Origin: a bacterium
Lineage (GTDB): Bacteria > UBA10199 > 2-02-FULL-44-16 > JAAZCA01
Direction of reading: 5' to 3'
Length of the DNA: 64,000 bases
Assembly: GCA_041648665.1 (NCBI GenBank)
Contig: JBAZOP010000002.1
Span: 50,262-114,261 of the forward strand
Each line of letters begins with the position of its first letter. Position 1 is the first letter of the stretch. Both the position numbers and the translations under genes were made by a program. Below, piece after piece: positions 7,399 through 15,755 of the stretch. The notes below the pieces were generated by a model. The model saw only the letters and a list, made by a program, of their open reading frames with translations. It was not told the DNA's origin and did no database searches.

Positions 7399-8478
7399 TC
7401 ACCCAGGAGTATAACCGCCGCTGGCGCGTTTGTCAACAGGTAAAACGCCTGGTTCCAGCGCACACGTGTGCGCCCCCTCCCCAGCGGGCCCCCACCCCAC
7501 GTCCAGCGGCTCCGCAGGTGGCCGGTACTCGCCCGCGTCCCGCCCGGCCGCGCGCCCCCGCTTAGCCCCCCCGGGGCCCGGGGCCAGGAACAGCCGCCAG
7601 AACCCCCCCACGAGGGCCTCGATGCTGGGCGCCGGGGCCAGCCGGCCCTGCGTGGTGGCCGCCACCGCCTCCCACCGCCCCACCGCGGCCCCCACCGTCC
7701 GCGCCACCAGCGCCTCCCCGTGCGCCCCCACCAGCGCCGCCACGCGCGCCCGGGTCCGGGGTGCCCACGCCGGCTCCGCCGCCACAGCGGGGCCGTAGCG
7801 GGCCTCCAGCGCAGCCACGTACACCGCCCGGATCCGATCCACCGCCCCCGGATCCCCCTCCCCTCCCTCGCTGCTGCCTTCTTCGATCTCCGTTTCGAGA
7901 TCGATCGCGCGCGCTACGCGCGGGGGGGGGATCTGTTCCTGTTCCTGTTCCTGTTCCTGTTCCTGGATCGGGGATGGCGTCCCGATGCCATCCGGTATGC
8001 CATCCGGTATGCCATCGAGAAGGCATCGCGCATGGCATCCGGAAGGCATCCGGAACGCCTTCCTGAAGGCTTTCAGGAAGGCAGGGGAGAGCCCCTCGCA
8101 CAAGGCTTCCAACAGGTGGAAAAAACTGCCCTTTAGCGGGCTACTGGGCAGCTCATCGAACGCCCGCGCCCACGATTTCAGCGCGTTCAGACTATTGGGC
8201 GTGTTGTACCGCAGGAAGTGCGGCAGCAGCACGACCTGGGCGTGCTCGTCGTACAGGGCGAACCCCTGCGCTTCGGCCTCCCGGAACGCGGCGATGTAGC
8301 GATCGAAGGGCCAGCGCTTCTCCGCCGCCAGCGCCTCCAGGCTGGCCTTGTACAGGCCGAACGGCGACGAGAGCGGCGTGGTTAGCAGGTGCAGGAAGAC
8401 CAGCTGGCAATCATCCGAGGCAAAGGGGAACTTGTCGTCGTTCCAGAGCAGGCAGTGCACCGTGCGGTACCGGCTCAT
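7399..8478 (-). CDS. putative replication initiation / replisome-organiser-like protein with internal repeat linker
   Basis: The N-terminal domain HCLLWNDDKFPFASDDCQLVFLHLL resembles phage replication-organiser N-domains. A DGIPDGIPDGIG and EQEQEQEQEQ linker follows. The C-terminal tail is translated across the promoter and palindrome, so the true 3' end is uncertain. Start at MSRYRTV overlaps the RHH stop as ATGA. Confidence 0.4.
   Translation of the reverse strand: MSRYRTVHCLLWNDDKFPFASDDCQLVFLHLLTTPLSSPFGLYKASLEALAAEKRWPFDRYIAAFREAEAQGFALYDEHAQVVLLPHFLRYNTPNSLNALKSWARAFDELPSSPLKGSFFHLLEALCEGLSPAFLKAFRKAFRMPSGCHARCLLDGIPDGIPDGIGTPSPIQEQEQEQEQEQIPPPRVARAIDLETEIEEGSSEGGEGDPGAVDRIRAVYVAALEARYGPAVAAEPAWAPRTRARVAALVGAHGEALVARTVGAAVGRWEAVAATTQGRLAPAPSIEALVGGFWRLFLAPGPGGAKRGRAAGRDAGEYRPPAEPLDVGWGPAGEGAHTCALEPGVLPVDKRASGGYTPG
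7403..7440 (-). promoter_or_regulatory. promoter, TTGACA, 17 nt, TATACT (conserved motif family)
   Basis: CTGTTGACAAACGCGCCAGCGGCGGTTATACTCC on the minus strand. The palindrome GCGCACACGTGTGCGC lies about 15 nt upstream of the -35 box. Confidence 0.5.
7933..7962. repeat. (CTGTTC)x5 hexanucleotide tandem repeat (encodes EQEQEQEQEQ on the minus strand)
   Basis: Read directly from the sequence. Lies inside the putative replication gene. Confidence 0.8.
7985..8017. repeat. 12-nt tandem repeat ATGCCATCCGGT, about 2.7 copies (encodes DGIPDGIPDGI)
   Basis: Read directly from the sequence, adjacent to the hexamer repeat. Confidence 0.75.
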
Positions 8479-8687
8479 GCTCCACCCCCCGGCGTGCACA
8501 CGTGTTCGCTCGGTTGCCCGGGATCCAGGTCCCGCAGGGTGCCCGCCTGCGCCTCGCGCTCGAACGCCTCATTGACCAGGGCCGACATCAGGTCCTGCAT
8601 GTTGACGCCGCGCACGGCGGCGAGCAGCTTCAGGCGCATCCGGGCTTCCGCGCCCAGGTGCACCGCCTTCCGATCATCGCTCGGCAT
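8475..8687 (-). CDS. ribbon-helix-helix (Arc/CopG-like) DNA-binding protein
   Basis: MPSDDRKAVHLGAEARMRLKLLAAVRGVNMQDLMSALVNEAFERE shows a beta-strand followed by two helices. SD GGAGGG sits 6 nt upstream. It is the first gene of the RHH-replication operon and diverges from the IS. Confidence 0.55.
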   Translation of the reverse strand: MPSDDRKAVHLGAEARMRLKLLAAVRGVNMQDLMSALVNEAFEREAQAGTLRDLDPGQPSEHVCTPGGGA

Positions 8688-8884
8688 TCTGTCCCTCCGG
8701 ATTGTGGAGGCAGACGGTACCATACCCAGATCACGGCAGGCAAGTACTTTCCGTGGGAAAGTGACGCGGCCTACTCTTCCTGCTCGCTGTTGTGGGATCG
8801 GTTGCCGGACATCAATGCCTCCGCGAGGGGACCGTCGTCTTTAGGCGACGGGAGAATCGCGGCCCCTCTCCGCTTGCTTTTCTG

Positions 8885-10115
8885 TTGACTTTCATCTGTT
8901 CATATGGGACTCTTGCATTGTGAGACGGACAATCATCATCGCGCTTGAGCCAGCCAACGAGCAGCTTGCTGCACTCACGGAGACCTGCGACCTGTTCACC
9001 GAGGTCTTCAACGCCGTCTGCACAGGCGGGTGGCAACACGCCGAAAAGAACGGGGTCCGCCTCCACCACGCCTTCTACCGGCCCCTCAAGGCCCAGCACC
9101 CGACCCTCGTGAGCGACCTGCATGTCCAGGCCCGCGTCAAAGCTACGGAGGCTATCCGAAGCGCGTTGGCCCTCAAACGCAAAGGCAAGAAAGTCTCCTG
9201 CCCGCACTCCACCTCTTGCCCCCCGCGCTACAACCTGCACACCTTCAAGATCGACTGGGCTTCCCGCACCGTGCGCCTGTCCACTACGGCGGGGCGCCAG
9301 ACCATCCGGTTCGCCGTCCCCGTTCACGCGGAGCGGTACGCCGAGCATCCAGTGGACACTGCCGATCTCGTCTGCTGCGAAGGTCGTTGGGCCATGCACG
9401 TCTCCGTCACCGTGCCTGCGCCCGCCGTCGATCCCGTCAATGACGTGGTGGGCGTGGACCTCGGGCTGGCCCAGCCAGCCGTCACGTCCAACAACCAGTT
9501 CCTGGGCAAAAAGGCATGGCGCTCTATCGAGAACCGGCTCTTCAAGCTGAAGCGCAGGCTGCAAGAACGAGGAACCAAGAGCGCCAAGCGCCATCTCAAA
9601 AAGATCCACAAGTCGCAAGCCAGGTTCCGCAGAGATTGCGACCACGTGCTCTCCAAGAAAGTTGTCCAGGCTTGCCCCGCTGGCGGCACGATCGTCTTGG
9701 AAAACCTGACCGACATCCGCAAGCGGGCACGGGCCAAGAGCAACACCGAAGCCAAGCGCCGCCTTCACGGGTGGTCCTTCGCGCAGATCAAGATCTTCAT
9801 CGCGTACAAAGCCGAGGAACGGGGTTGTACGGTGGCCGGGGTCGATCCCCGGCATACCTCGCAACGATGCTCTCGCTGTGGACACACGGCGAAGAACAAC
9901 CGCCGCTCCCGCGCCGTGTTCAAGTGTCGGAAGTGTGGATTTTCCCTCCACGCCGACTTGAACGCAGCTCGCAACATCGCGGCCAAGTACCAGACCCACG
10001 TCGGCATGCCCGATATGGGTGGGCACCCTGTCAACGTGCCTATCGCGGGAGTGGGTGAACTCGTTCATTCAGCTACCTGCAAGCCGCCCGCTTTAGCTGG
10101 CGGTCGTTGACGTAG
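8885..10115 (+). mobile_element. IS200/IS605-family TnpB-only insertion (IS1341-like); ends not defined
   Basis: Carries the intact TnpB gene, has lower GC than its flanks, and the CTGTTGAC promoter-like motif sits at its 5' side. Its 3' end overlaps the convergent gene 10073..10810. Confidence 0.5.
8920..10110 (+). CDS. tnpB: TnpB (OrfB) RuvC-like RNA-guided endonuclease, IS200/IS605 family
   Basis: RuvC-I VVGVDLGL, RuvC-II TIVLENLTD, zinc finger CSRCGH...CRKCG, RuvC-III HADLNAARNIA. All catalytic D/E/D residues are present. Confidence 0.8.
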   Translation: MRRTIIIALEPANEQLAALTETCDLFTEVFNAVCTGGWQHAEKNGVRLHHAFYRPLKAQHPTLVSDLHVQARVKATEAIRSALALKRKGKKVSCPHSTSCPPRYNLHTFKIDWASRTVRLSTTAGRQTIRFAVPVHAERYAEHPVDTADLVCCEGRWAMHVSVTVPAPAVDPVNDVVGVDLGLAQPAVTSNNQFLGKKAWRSIENRLFKLKRRLQERGTKSAKRHLKKIHKSQARFRRDCDHVLSKKVVQACPAGGTIVLENLTDIRKRARAKSNTEAKRRLHGWSFAQIKIFIAYKAEERGCTVAGVDPRHTSQRCSRCGHTAKNNRRSRAVFKCRKCGFSLHADLNAARNIAAKYQTHVGMPDMGGHPVNVPIAGVGELVHSATCKPPALAGGR

Positions 10116-10810
10116 CAGCGGCGCTGGAGCAGGTGGATGGGCTCCCCAAGTGCCGCCGGCTCCCCCGCCCGGGCCTGCACGGCCTCCTCGCTGAGCCCAG
10201 CGTAGAGGTCCAGAGACAGCAGCCGCTGGTCGATGCCAGCGCGGACCTCCCGCTGGTCGGCGATGACGGCCTCCACCGGGATCGTCTCGGCATGCATCAG
10301 CCGCCCGAGCCGCTCCGAGGTGTCCCGGATTTGCTTGTACAGGGCGGGGATCTCCTCCGCCTTGGCGCGCTCCAGGGCCTGCCGGTAGGCGGGGATCGGC
10401 TCGTCGCCGCGCAGGGCCAGCGCCGCGGCCTCCCCGCCGCCACCCTCCTCGGGGAGCGCCCGCCCGGGGGCCACGCCAAGCCGCAGCATGAGCGCCTCCA
10501 GGTCGCCAGTCAGCGCCCGCAACTGCTCCTTCTGCCGGGCGCCCGCGGCCCGGAGGACCGCTGGACCGTCGGGGCACAGCGTGCACGATGCCGCCAAGGC
10601 ATCGTAACTAATGCGCGTCACATACTCACCGGCGCCATCCTCGATGACACCACGCAGCAGGACGTAGTTGCTGCCTAAGCGGACGACGCAACCGAGCCAG
10701 CGCTGCCCATCGTCCGGATCCATTACCCAGTACCACTCGCCCACCAGTGGCAGGTCTTCCGGCCGCTCGCGTGTTTTTGTAGGCGCGCACACCTTGTCCA
10801 AGTTGCTCAT
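10073..10810 (-). CDS. hypothetical protein
   Basis: Start MSNLDK with SD GGAGG, directly downstream of a perfect TTGACA-17-TATAAT promoter. Confidence 0.5.
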   Translation of the reverse strand: MSNLDKVCAPTKTRERPEDLPLVGEWYWVMDPDDGQRWLGCVVRLGSNYVLLRGVIEDGAGEYVTRISYDALAASCTLCPDGPAVLRAAGARQKEQLRALTGDLEALMLRLGVAPGRALPEEGGGGEAAALALRGDEPIPAYRQALERAKAEEIPALYKQIRDTSERLGRLMHAETIPVEAVIADQREVRAGIDQRLLSLDLYAGLSEEAVQARAGEPAALGEPIHLLQRRCYVNDRQLKRAACR

Positions 10811-10859
10811 CGCGCCTCCGCAGCAGGTTCGCCGCCAGCATCCTCACTGGCCATTTCCT

Positions 10860-10896
10860 TTCAATTATAACCAGTCGGTATGCGTTTGTCAACATA
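10860..10896 (-). promoter_or_regulatory. consensus sigma70 promoter, TTGACA, 17 nt, TATAAT (conserved motif family)
   Basis: ATGTTGACAAACGCATACCGACTGGTTATAATTGA on the minus strand. Confidence 0.6.
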
Positions 10897-12594
10897 TTAG
10901 GATCGCGTCGTGACGCGCAGAATTTCACCGCTGCGGAGGCCGACCACGGTGTCCCCGGCCGCGACCAGCCGCAACCCGGCGACCGCGGGATCGGCAATGC
11001 GACGGCCGACCTGCGCCCCGCGCTCGGGGAAGAGGGACAGCTCGCCGCCCTCGTCGATCAGGGCCACCACGCCCCGGGCAAGTCGGGCGACGTTCAGCGC
11101 GCCATGACCCACGTTACGATCGGCCCAGCGCAGCTGGGCGCCCGCACTGCCCACCGCGTACACGTAGCGGTCGACGCTGCCCCCGCGCTCGGCCAGGACC
11201 AGCAGGGCGCGCCCCCCGGCCCAGGCGTCCACCACGCGGGCGCCGTCCAGATCCGCCAGCCGCACCTGGTCGCTGCGGCCCGGGGCCGGGAACACGTTCG
11301 CGTACCACGCGCCCAGCACGCTCTGGAGGGCCACGCCGGGGTACAGCTGCGTCGCCAGGGGCGCCACGTTGGCCACCACGCGCGGGGCGGCAACGAGCTG
11401 CCCCCCCAGGCGCGCCAGCTGCACCTCGACCACGTGCTCGCCATCGTGGGCGTACAGGCGACCCTCGGCGGTGGTCAGCGCCGCAGCCTGCACGACGAGG
11501 GGCACCTCCGCCCCGCCATCCAGGGCGCGCATCCGGAGGCGCTGGCGGTCGATCCAGGCGTAGAGCGGCGTGCCGTCGGGGGCCCATGCCAGGGATCCCG
11601 CGCCATCCACGGGGACCTGCCGAGGAGGCCGGGTGCCGTCCCATAGCGTCACCGCGCACCCCGCTGGTCCCCGGACCAAAGCTGCCTCCGCGCCGCCGGG
11701 GATCGCCACGTACTCCAGCACATCCCCATCCACGACATGGAGCACGCGCAGGTCCACGTGCCCGGCGCTCGAAGCAGGCCGCAGCCCACGCATGGGCGCG
11801 CTGGCTTGGGCGCTGGCGGGCGGGGGATCGCGGCGGCCGGCCTCGAACACAGCGCGGTACCAGTCGCGATAGGCGCTCGGGATCACGTCTAGGGGCGGCA
11901 CCAGCGGGGGCACCGACACGGCGGCGTTGAACACCGAGAGGTTGGCGCGCATGCGATCGGGCAGACCACGCACCGTGGGGTGGCGCCCCTTGTAGGGGTG
12001 GATGCCAACGAACAGCTGGAAGGTCACGATGCCCCAGGAAAACCAGTCGGATCCTGTGGTCCAGCAGCCCTGGGCGTGCCAATCCCGCACGCTCTCCATC
12101 AGGGCGGTGGCCGGGAAGCGAGGCGTCTGGTAGGAGTCCACATCGATGAAGCACACCTCCTCGAAGGTGGCGGTGGCCAGGAAGTTCATCTCGTTGGCGT
12201 CCACCACCAGCACGCGGGCGGCGTGCACTGCCTCCATGCTGGCGCGCATGCGCTGCACGAGGCGCAGCACCGTGGAGCCATCCAGGCCGTGCCGCGCCTG
12301 GAATGCCCGGGTGAAGAGCTGGCAGAGCGGGAAGGCATCCGGAACACGGCGCATGCTGTAGCCGACCGGGCGCCCCCGGCCGTCCAGCAGCACGCGCTGC
12401 GGCCGGATCACGCTGTCGTCAGCGATCGCGCTCAACTCGTCGATCTTAGCCTCGGGGACCATGCGCTCGGGCTTCAGGTAGACCTTGAACGCCTCGTCCC
12501 CGTGAGCGTAGACCTGCCCCTCGCCGCCCGCGCCCAGGAAGTTGGCCTGGGTCAGCACGACCTCGCCGCCCCCCCGCATTCGGTACTTCGTCAT
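10897..12594 (-). CDS. Ser/Thr protein kinase-like protein with C-terminal repeat/beta-rich domain
   Basis: Gly-loop LGAGGEGQVY, AFKVY lysine, a D-x4-N catalytic loop (VVDANEMN), DVD in the DFG position, and DWFSWGIVTFQLFVGIHPY as the subdomain IX equivalent. Last gene of the vWA-PP2C-kinase triad. Confidence 0.6.
   Translation of the reverse strand: MTKYRMRGGGEVVLTQANFLGAGGEGQVYAHGDEAFKVYLKPERMVPEAKIDELSAIADDSVIRPQRVLLDGRGRPVGYSMRRVPDAFPLCQLFTRAFQARHGLDGSTVLRLVQRMRASMEAVHAARVLVVDANEMNFLATATFEEVCFIDVDSYQTPRFPATALMESVRDWHAQGCWTTGSDWFSWGIVTFQLFVGIHPYKGRHPTVRGLPDRMRANLSVFNAAVSVPPLVPPLDVIPSAYRDWYRAVFEAGRRDPPPASAQASAPMRGLRPASSAGHVDLRVLHVVDGDVLEYVAIPGGAEAALVRGPAGCAVTLWDGTRPPRQVPVDGAGSLAWAPDGTPLYAWIDRQRLRMRALDGGAEVPLVVQAAALTTAEGRLYAHDGEHVVEVQLARLGGQLVAAPRVVANVAPLATQLYPGVALQSVLGAWYANVFPAPGRSDQVRLADLDGARVVDAWAGGRALLVLAERGGSVDRYVYAVGSAGAQLRWADRNVGHGALNVARLARGVVALIDEGGELSLFPERGAQVGRRIADPAVAGLRLVAAGDTVVGLRSGEILRVTTRS
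10903..10925 (-). terminator. possible hairpin terminator (CGCGTC-AC-GACGCG inverted repeat) after the kinase gene
   Basis: The inverted repeat sits immediately 3' of the kinase stop. No strong U-tract. Confidence 0.25.
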
Positions 12595-13403
12595 GCGCTG
12601 CCCTCCGCGCGCTCCAGGACCACCGCGCCCATGCTGAGGTCGTCATCGTGGCGCCATCCCCGCTGAGCGGCCTTCCGCAGGAACGCCTGGAGGCGCCGCT
12701 GCACAAACACGCCCTGGAGCCCCTTGAACGCCATCAACTCGCCCACGATCACCTCAGAGGGGATGGGCTGGTGGTCCGCATCCAGGAAGGAGCGCACACC
12801 ATCGCTGAACACAGCCACGACGGCGGCGTCCTCGATGGTCCGCTGGAAGGGCTGCACGCCCCGGCATCGCAGCTCCTCGCCATCCGGGCCACGCGCCACC
12901 CACTCCTCACGCTGCAGCACGGCCGCCATGCGCTGGTCGTCCACGAGGTAGTTGGCGTAGCGAGGGTATCCGTCGGGAGCCTCAACTTCCCAGATCCGCA
13001 GGGCGCCCCCCGGGTCCCGGGCGGCGATCACGCCGTCCCCGGTGCACGAGACGAAGGCCGAGGATCTTTGGCCCAGGGCGAAGACCAACGTGGCGTCCAT
13101 CGCCAATGGGTCCAGATTCCAGCACGTTTTCTGGAACAGACGGCGCCGGAGGTCGATCACCTCCATGGCGCCCCAACACCACCACGCGGGATCTGCCATG
13201 GAAGAAATGCGGCCTATTCCAACCTCGCAGCTCAGGGTGAGCAGCCGCGCGCCAACGTCCGTGTCGGGGCTGCCCGAGCAGCCGTCCGAGACGATGGCGT
13301 AGGGGCGGCCCTCTTGCGTCCGTCCGCACCGGGCGTAGTCCTGGCAGACCCGGTGGGCCGCCCCGATGACGTAGGCGCTGTCCGCGTTCGCCCGCATCTC
13401 CAT
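12591..13403 (-). CDS. PP2C-family Ser/Thr protein phosphatase
   Basis: Start MEMRANAD overlaps the vWA stop as TGATG. SDGCSG and SDGVRSF motifs, and a C-terminal DDLSMGAVVL typical of PPM phosphatases. The upstream track extension is GC-rich low-complexity sequence. Confidence 0.65.
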   Translation of the reverse strand: MEMRANADSAYVIGAAHRVCQDYARCGRTQEGRPYAIVSDGCSGSPDTDVGARLLTLSCEVGIGRISSMADPAWWCWGAMEVIDLRRRLFQKTCWNLDPLAMDATLVFALGQRSSAFVSCTGDGVIAARDPGGALRIWEVEAPDGYPRYANYLVDDQRMAAVLQREEWVARGPDGEELRCRGVQPFQRTIEDAAVVAVFSDGVRSFLDADHQPIPSEVIVGELMAFKGLQGVFVQRRLQAFLRKAAQRGWRHDDDLSMGAVVLERAEGSA

Positions 13404-14155
13404 CAGAGGCTGAAGGACATCGGCTGCGAGGGGCCGCCGGTTCCGAGCGCCTGGGACTGGGCGCTGATGCTCTTGCTCACGAAGGCCGCCAACTTGGCCA
13501 GCGTCCGCGCGCTCGCGTCCTTGGTCTCGACGTACTGTCCGATCCCAGCCTCCTGCTGGAAGGCGACCAGGGCGCCGCTCACCTGCGGGTCGTTGCCCAC
13601 CCCGACGCCCACCAGGATGGACACCTGGCTCTCCAGCGCCTCGGACTGGATGGCGCGCTCCAGCTGCGCCCGCACCTGCCCCGGGCCCCCCGCGGAGGCG
13701 TTGTCGCAGCCGTCGGAGATGATCACGGCCACCCCGTTCACGGCGTAGTCGCTGCCGACCAGGGTACGCGCGTAGTCGGCCTGCGCGTGCACGGCGTGCT
13801 CCGCCGCGTCGAACAGCGCCGTCATGCCGCCGCACGACAGGCAGCCGCGGTAGTCGTCGAGGTTGCAGTTGGCGAGCAGCTTGAAGCCGTGCACCTCCCG
13901 CATGTGGTCGTTGAAGGTGATCATCCGCAGCATCAGGTTGTCGGCCCGGGGAGACAGCTTGCAGGCGTTGACCACCTCGCGGATGGCCTGCTCCATATCC
14001 GCAGCGTAGGGCCCCACGGACCCGCTCACGTCCACGGCCAGCGTGACCAGGGTGTACTCGGCCGCCCCCAGGGCGTCCAGGCGCGTGGCGCTGTACCCGA
14101 ACGCGGTGGTCGGGAGCGCGCGCTCCTCCATGGACAGGTCGTTGATCTTCGGCAT
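13403..14155 (-). CDS. von Willebrand factor A (vWA, TerY-like) domain protein
   Basis: MIDAS motif LAVDVSGSVG. SD GAGGGAA. Start at MPKINDL (M137 of the track ORF). Confidence 0.65.
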   Translation of the reverse strand: MPKINDLSMEERALPTTAFGYSATRLDALGAAEYTLVTLAVDVSGSVGPYAADMEQAIREVVNACKLSPRADNLMLRMITFNDHMREVHGFKLLANCNLDDYRGCLSCGGMTALFDAAEHAVHAQADYARTLVGSDYAVNGVAVIISDGCDNASAGGPGQVRAQLERAIQSEALESQVSILVGVGVGNDPQVSGALVAFQQEAGIGQYVETKDASARTLAKLAAFVSKSISAQSQALGTGGPSQPMSFSL

Positions 14156-14187
14156 CGGTTCCCTCGCCTTCCTGCTAGCGCACCGCG

Positions 14188-14991
14188 CTAGCGCAGCACG
14201 TCCACCGTGGTCGACGTCTGCATCCCCTTCGCCGTCATTTCGGCGACGAAGTCCTCTTGGAGCTTCTCGAACCCGGGCACCGGGCTGAGAGCGTCGGTGA
14301 GCAGCACGAACTTCTGGACGTAGTCCGCGCTGCTGAACCCGGCCGCCACGTCCCGGATCGTGTTGGCGACGCAGTGGCTGCCCGCCTCGCCCGCGATCAG
14401 GATCAGGTCCGCCTCCTCCAGCGCCTGGATGAGGCGCAGGTTGATCTGGGTCGACGGATCTGCCGGGTCCGGCACCTCGGCCTTCACCCCGGAGTAGTGC
14501 TCCGTGAACAGGTTGCTGCCCTTGCTCACGAAGTCGATCACGCCCGGGCCCGCGGCCGCCCAAGCGTTGAGCGCCTCCAGCACGGCCGGCACCAGGGTGG
14601 CGCCCGGGCTACCGATCAGGCAGTGCGGGGGCCAGATGCACAGCGGGTACCGGTGTCCGGCCTCCAGCGCGCGCACGTAGTCGAGCATGCGGCGCGTGAG
14701 GCTGGGGATGCACGGCGTCCAGGCGCCGCTCTCCACGTCCTGTGGCGTGATGATCGTGAACGGCGTCGGCGGCTGGCCGTCGGGCCCGCGCCACATGGCC
14801 GGGTGCGCCACGTCCAGCAGGTGATGCTGGTCGAGCGTCGCGTGGATGTCGTGCAGCCGCGCCCCCAACCGCTGGACCATGGCGGCCACGCGCTGCATGT
14901 CCTCCGCGGCGCCAGGCACGAACAGCGCCCCAGTAGGGTCGCAGAAGTCGTGCTGCGCGTCGATCAGGAACAGGTCCACCTTCTTCGTCAT
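14188..14991 (-). CDS. pncA: nicotinamidase PncA (isochorismatase/cysteine-hydrolase family)
   Basis: DLFLIDAQHDFCDP matches the isochorismatase N-motif. DIHATLDQHH are metal-binding His. IWPPHCLIGSPGA matches the PncA signature WPPHCV. Catalytic Cys in GEAGSHCVANT. Confidence 0.7.
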   Translation of the reverse strand: MTKKVDLFLIDAQHDFCDPTGALFVPGAAEDMQRVAAMVQRLGARLHDIHATLDQHHLLDVAHPAMWRGPDGQPPTPFTIITPQDVESGAWTPCIPSLTRRMLDYVRALEAGHRYPLCIWPPHCLIGSPGATLVPAVLEALNAWAAAGPGVIDFVSKGSNLFTEHYSGVKAEVPDPADPSTQINLRLIQALEEADLILIAGEAGSHCVANTIRDVAAGFSSADYVQKFVLLTDALSPVPGFEKLQEDFVAEMTAKGMQTSTTVDVLR

Positions 14992-15003
14992 CGGATCCTC
15001 CTC

Positions 15004-15753
15004 TCAGGCCGGCTCCCGCCGGAAATGCGGCGGCACGCAACGCTTGTGCGCGCTCACCGTGTGCAACTCGTCGATCTTCCGCGCCACCTCCACCTCGATG
15101 GCCTCCCCGCGCAGGTAGGCGTCGATGGCGCCGTACACGTTGGACGTTCCCAGGATGCCCCCCAACTCTTCTTGGTCGGTCTGGCCGATCCAGAGGCCAG
15201 CCGTCGGGGGACGATCTACCAGCGCCTCCGGCAGCCCAAGCAGCCGCCCCAGCTGGCGCACCTCGCCCTTGTCGAACGCGAGGAGCGGCTCCAGGTCCAC
15301 CCCGTGATCGCCGTACTTCGTGGCGTACCCAATGTACGCCTCGGCCGCGTTGGTCGTGCCCACCACGAGGCCACCACGGTGGTTCGCCACCGCGTAGAGG
15401 GCCACCATGCGCAGGCGCGCCTGCATGTTGCCGCAGGTCAACGCGTTCAGCAGGGGATCACCTGTTGCGAAGCGCAGCTCCTTCTCCATCGCCTCGTATG
15501 CGCTGCGGATGTTCACCGGGAGCGCGTCCGCGGTGCACCCCAGGTGCTTCACCAGCGTGTTCGTCCACCGCACATCCGGGTCGGCCCCACACGGCATCCG
15601 GACCAGGACCGTGTGATCGCGGCCTACCGCGCGCACACACAACGCAGCCACCACGGAGGAGTCCACCCCCCCGCTGATGCCCACCACGGCGCGGTGTAGG
15701 CCGCTTAGCAGATGCTCCCGCAGCCAGCCGCACAGGGCATCCACGTCGCCCAT
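15004..15753 (-). CDS. nadE: NH3-dependent NAD+ synthetase NadE
   Basis: PP-loop GISGGVDSS. The C-terminal half of the track ORF is the real gene. The ATG lies 2 nt after the PncB stop. Confidence 0.75.
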   Translation of the reverse strand: MGDVDALCGWLREHLLSGLHRAVVGISGGVDSSVVAALCVRAVGRDHTVLVRMPCGADPDVRWTNTLVKHLGCTADALPVNIRSAYEAMEKELRFATGDPLLNALTCGNMQARLRMVALYAVANHRGGLVVGTTNAAEAYIGYATKYGDHGVDLEPLLAFDKGEVRQLGRLLGLPEALVDRPPTAGLWIGQTDQEELGGILGTSNVYGAIDAYLRGEAIEVEVARKIDELHTVSAHKRCVPPHFRREPA

Positions 15754-15755
15754 CG

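Noticed and set aside
8812-10068. 418-aa minus-strand ORF
   Set aside because: Exactly antisense to the TnpB gene, which has intact catalytic motifs. No motifs; a GC artefact.
11114-12154. 346-aa minus-strand ORF in an alternative frame inside the kinase gene
   Set aside because: Extreme Arg/Gly/Pro bias. Overlaps the kinase frame, which carries recognisable motifs.
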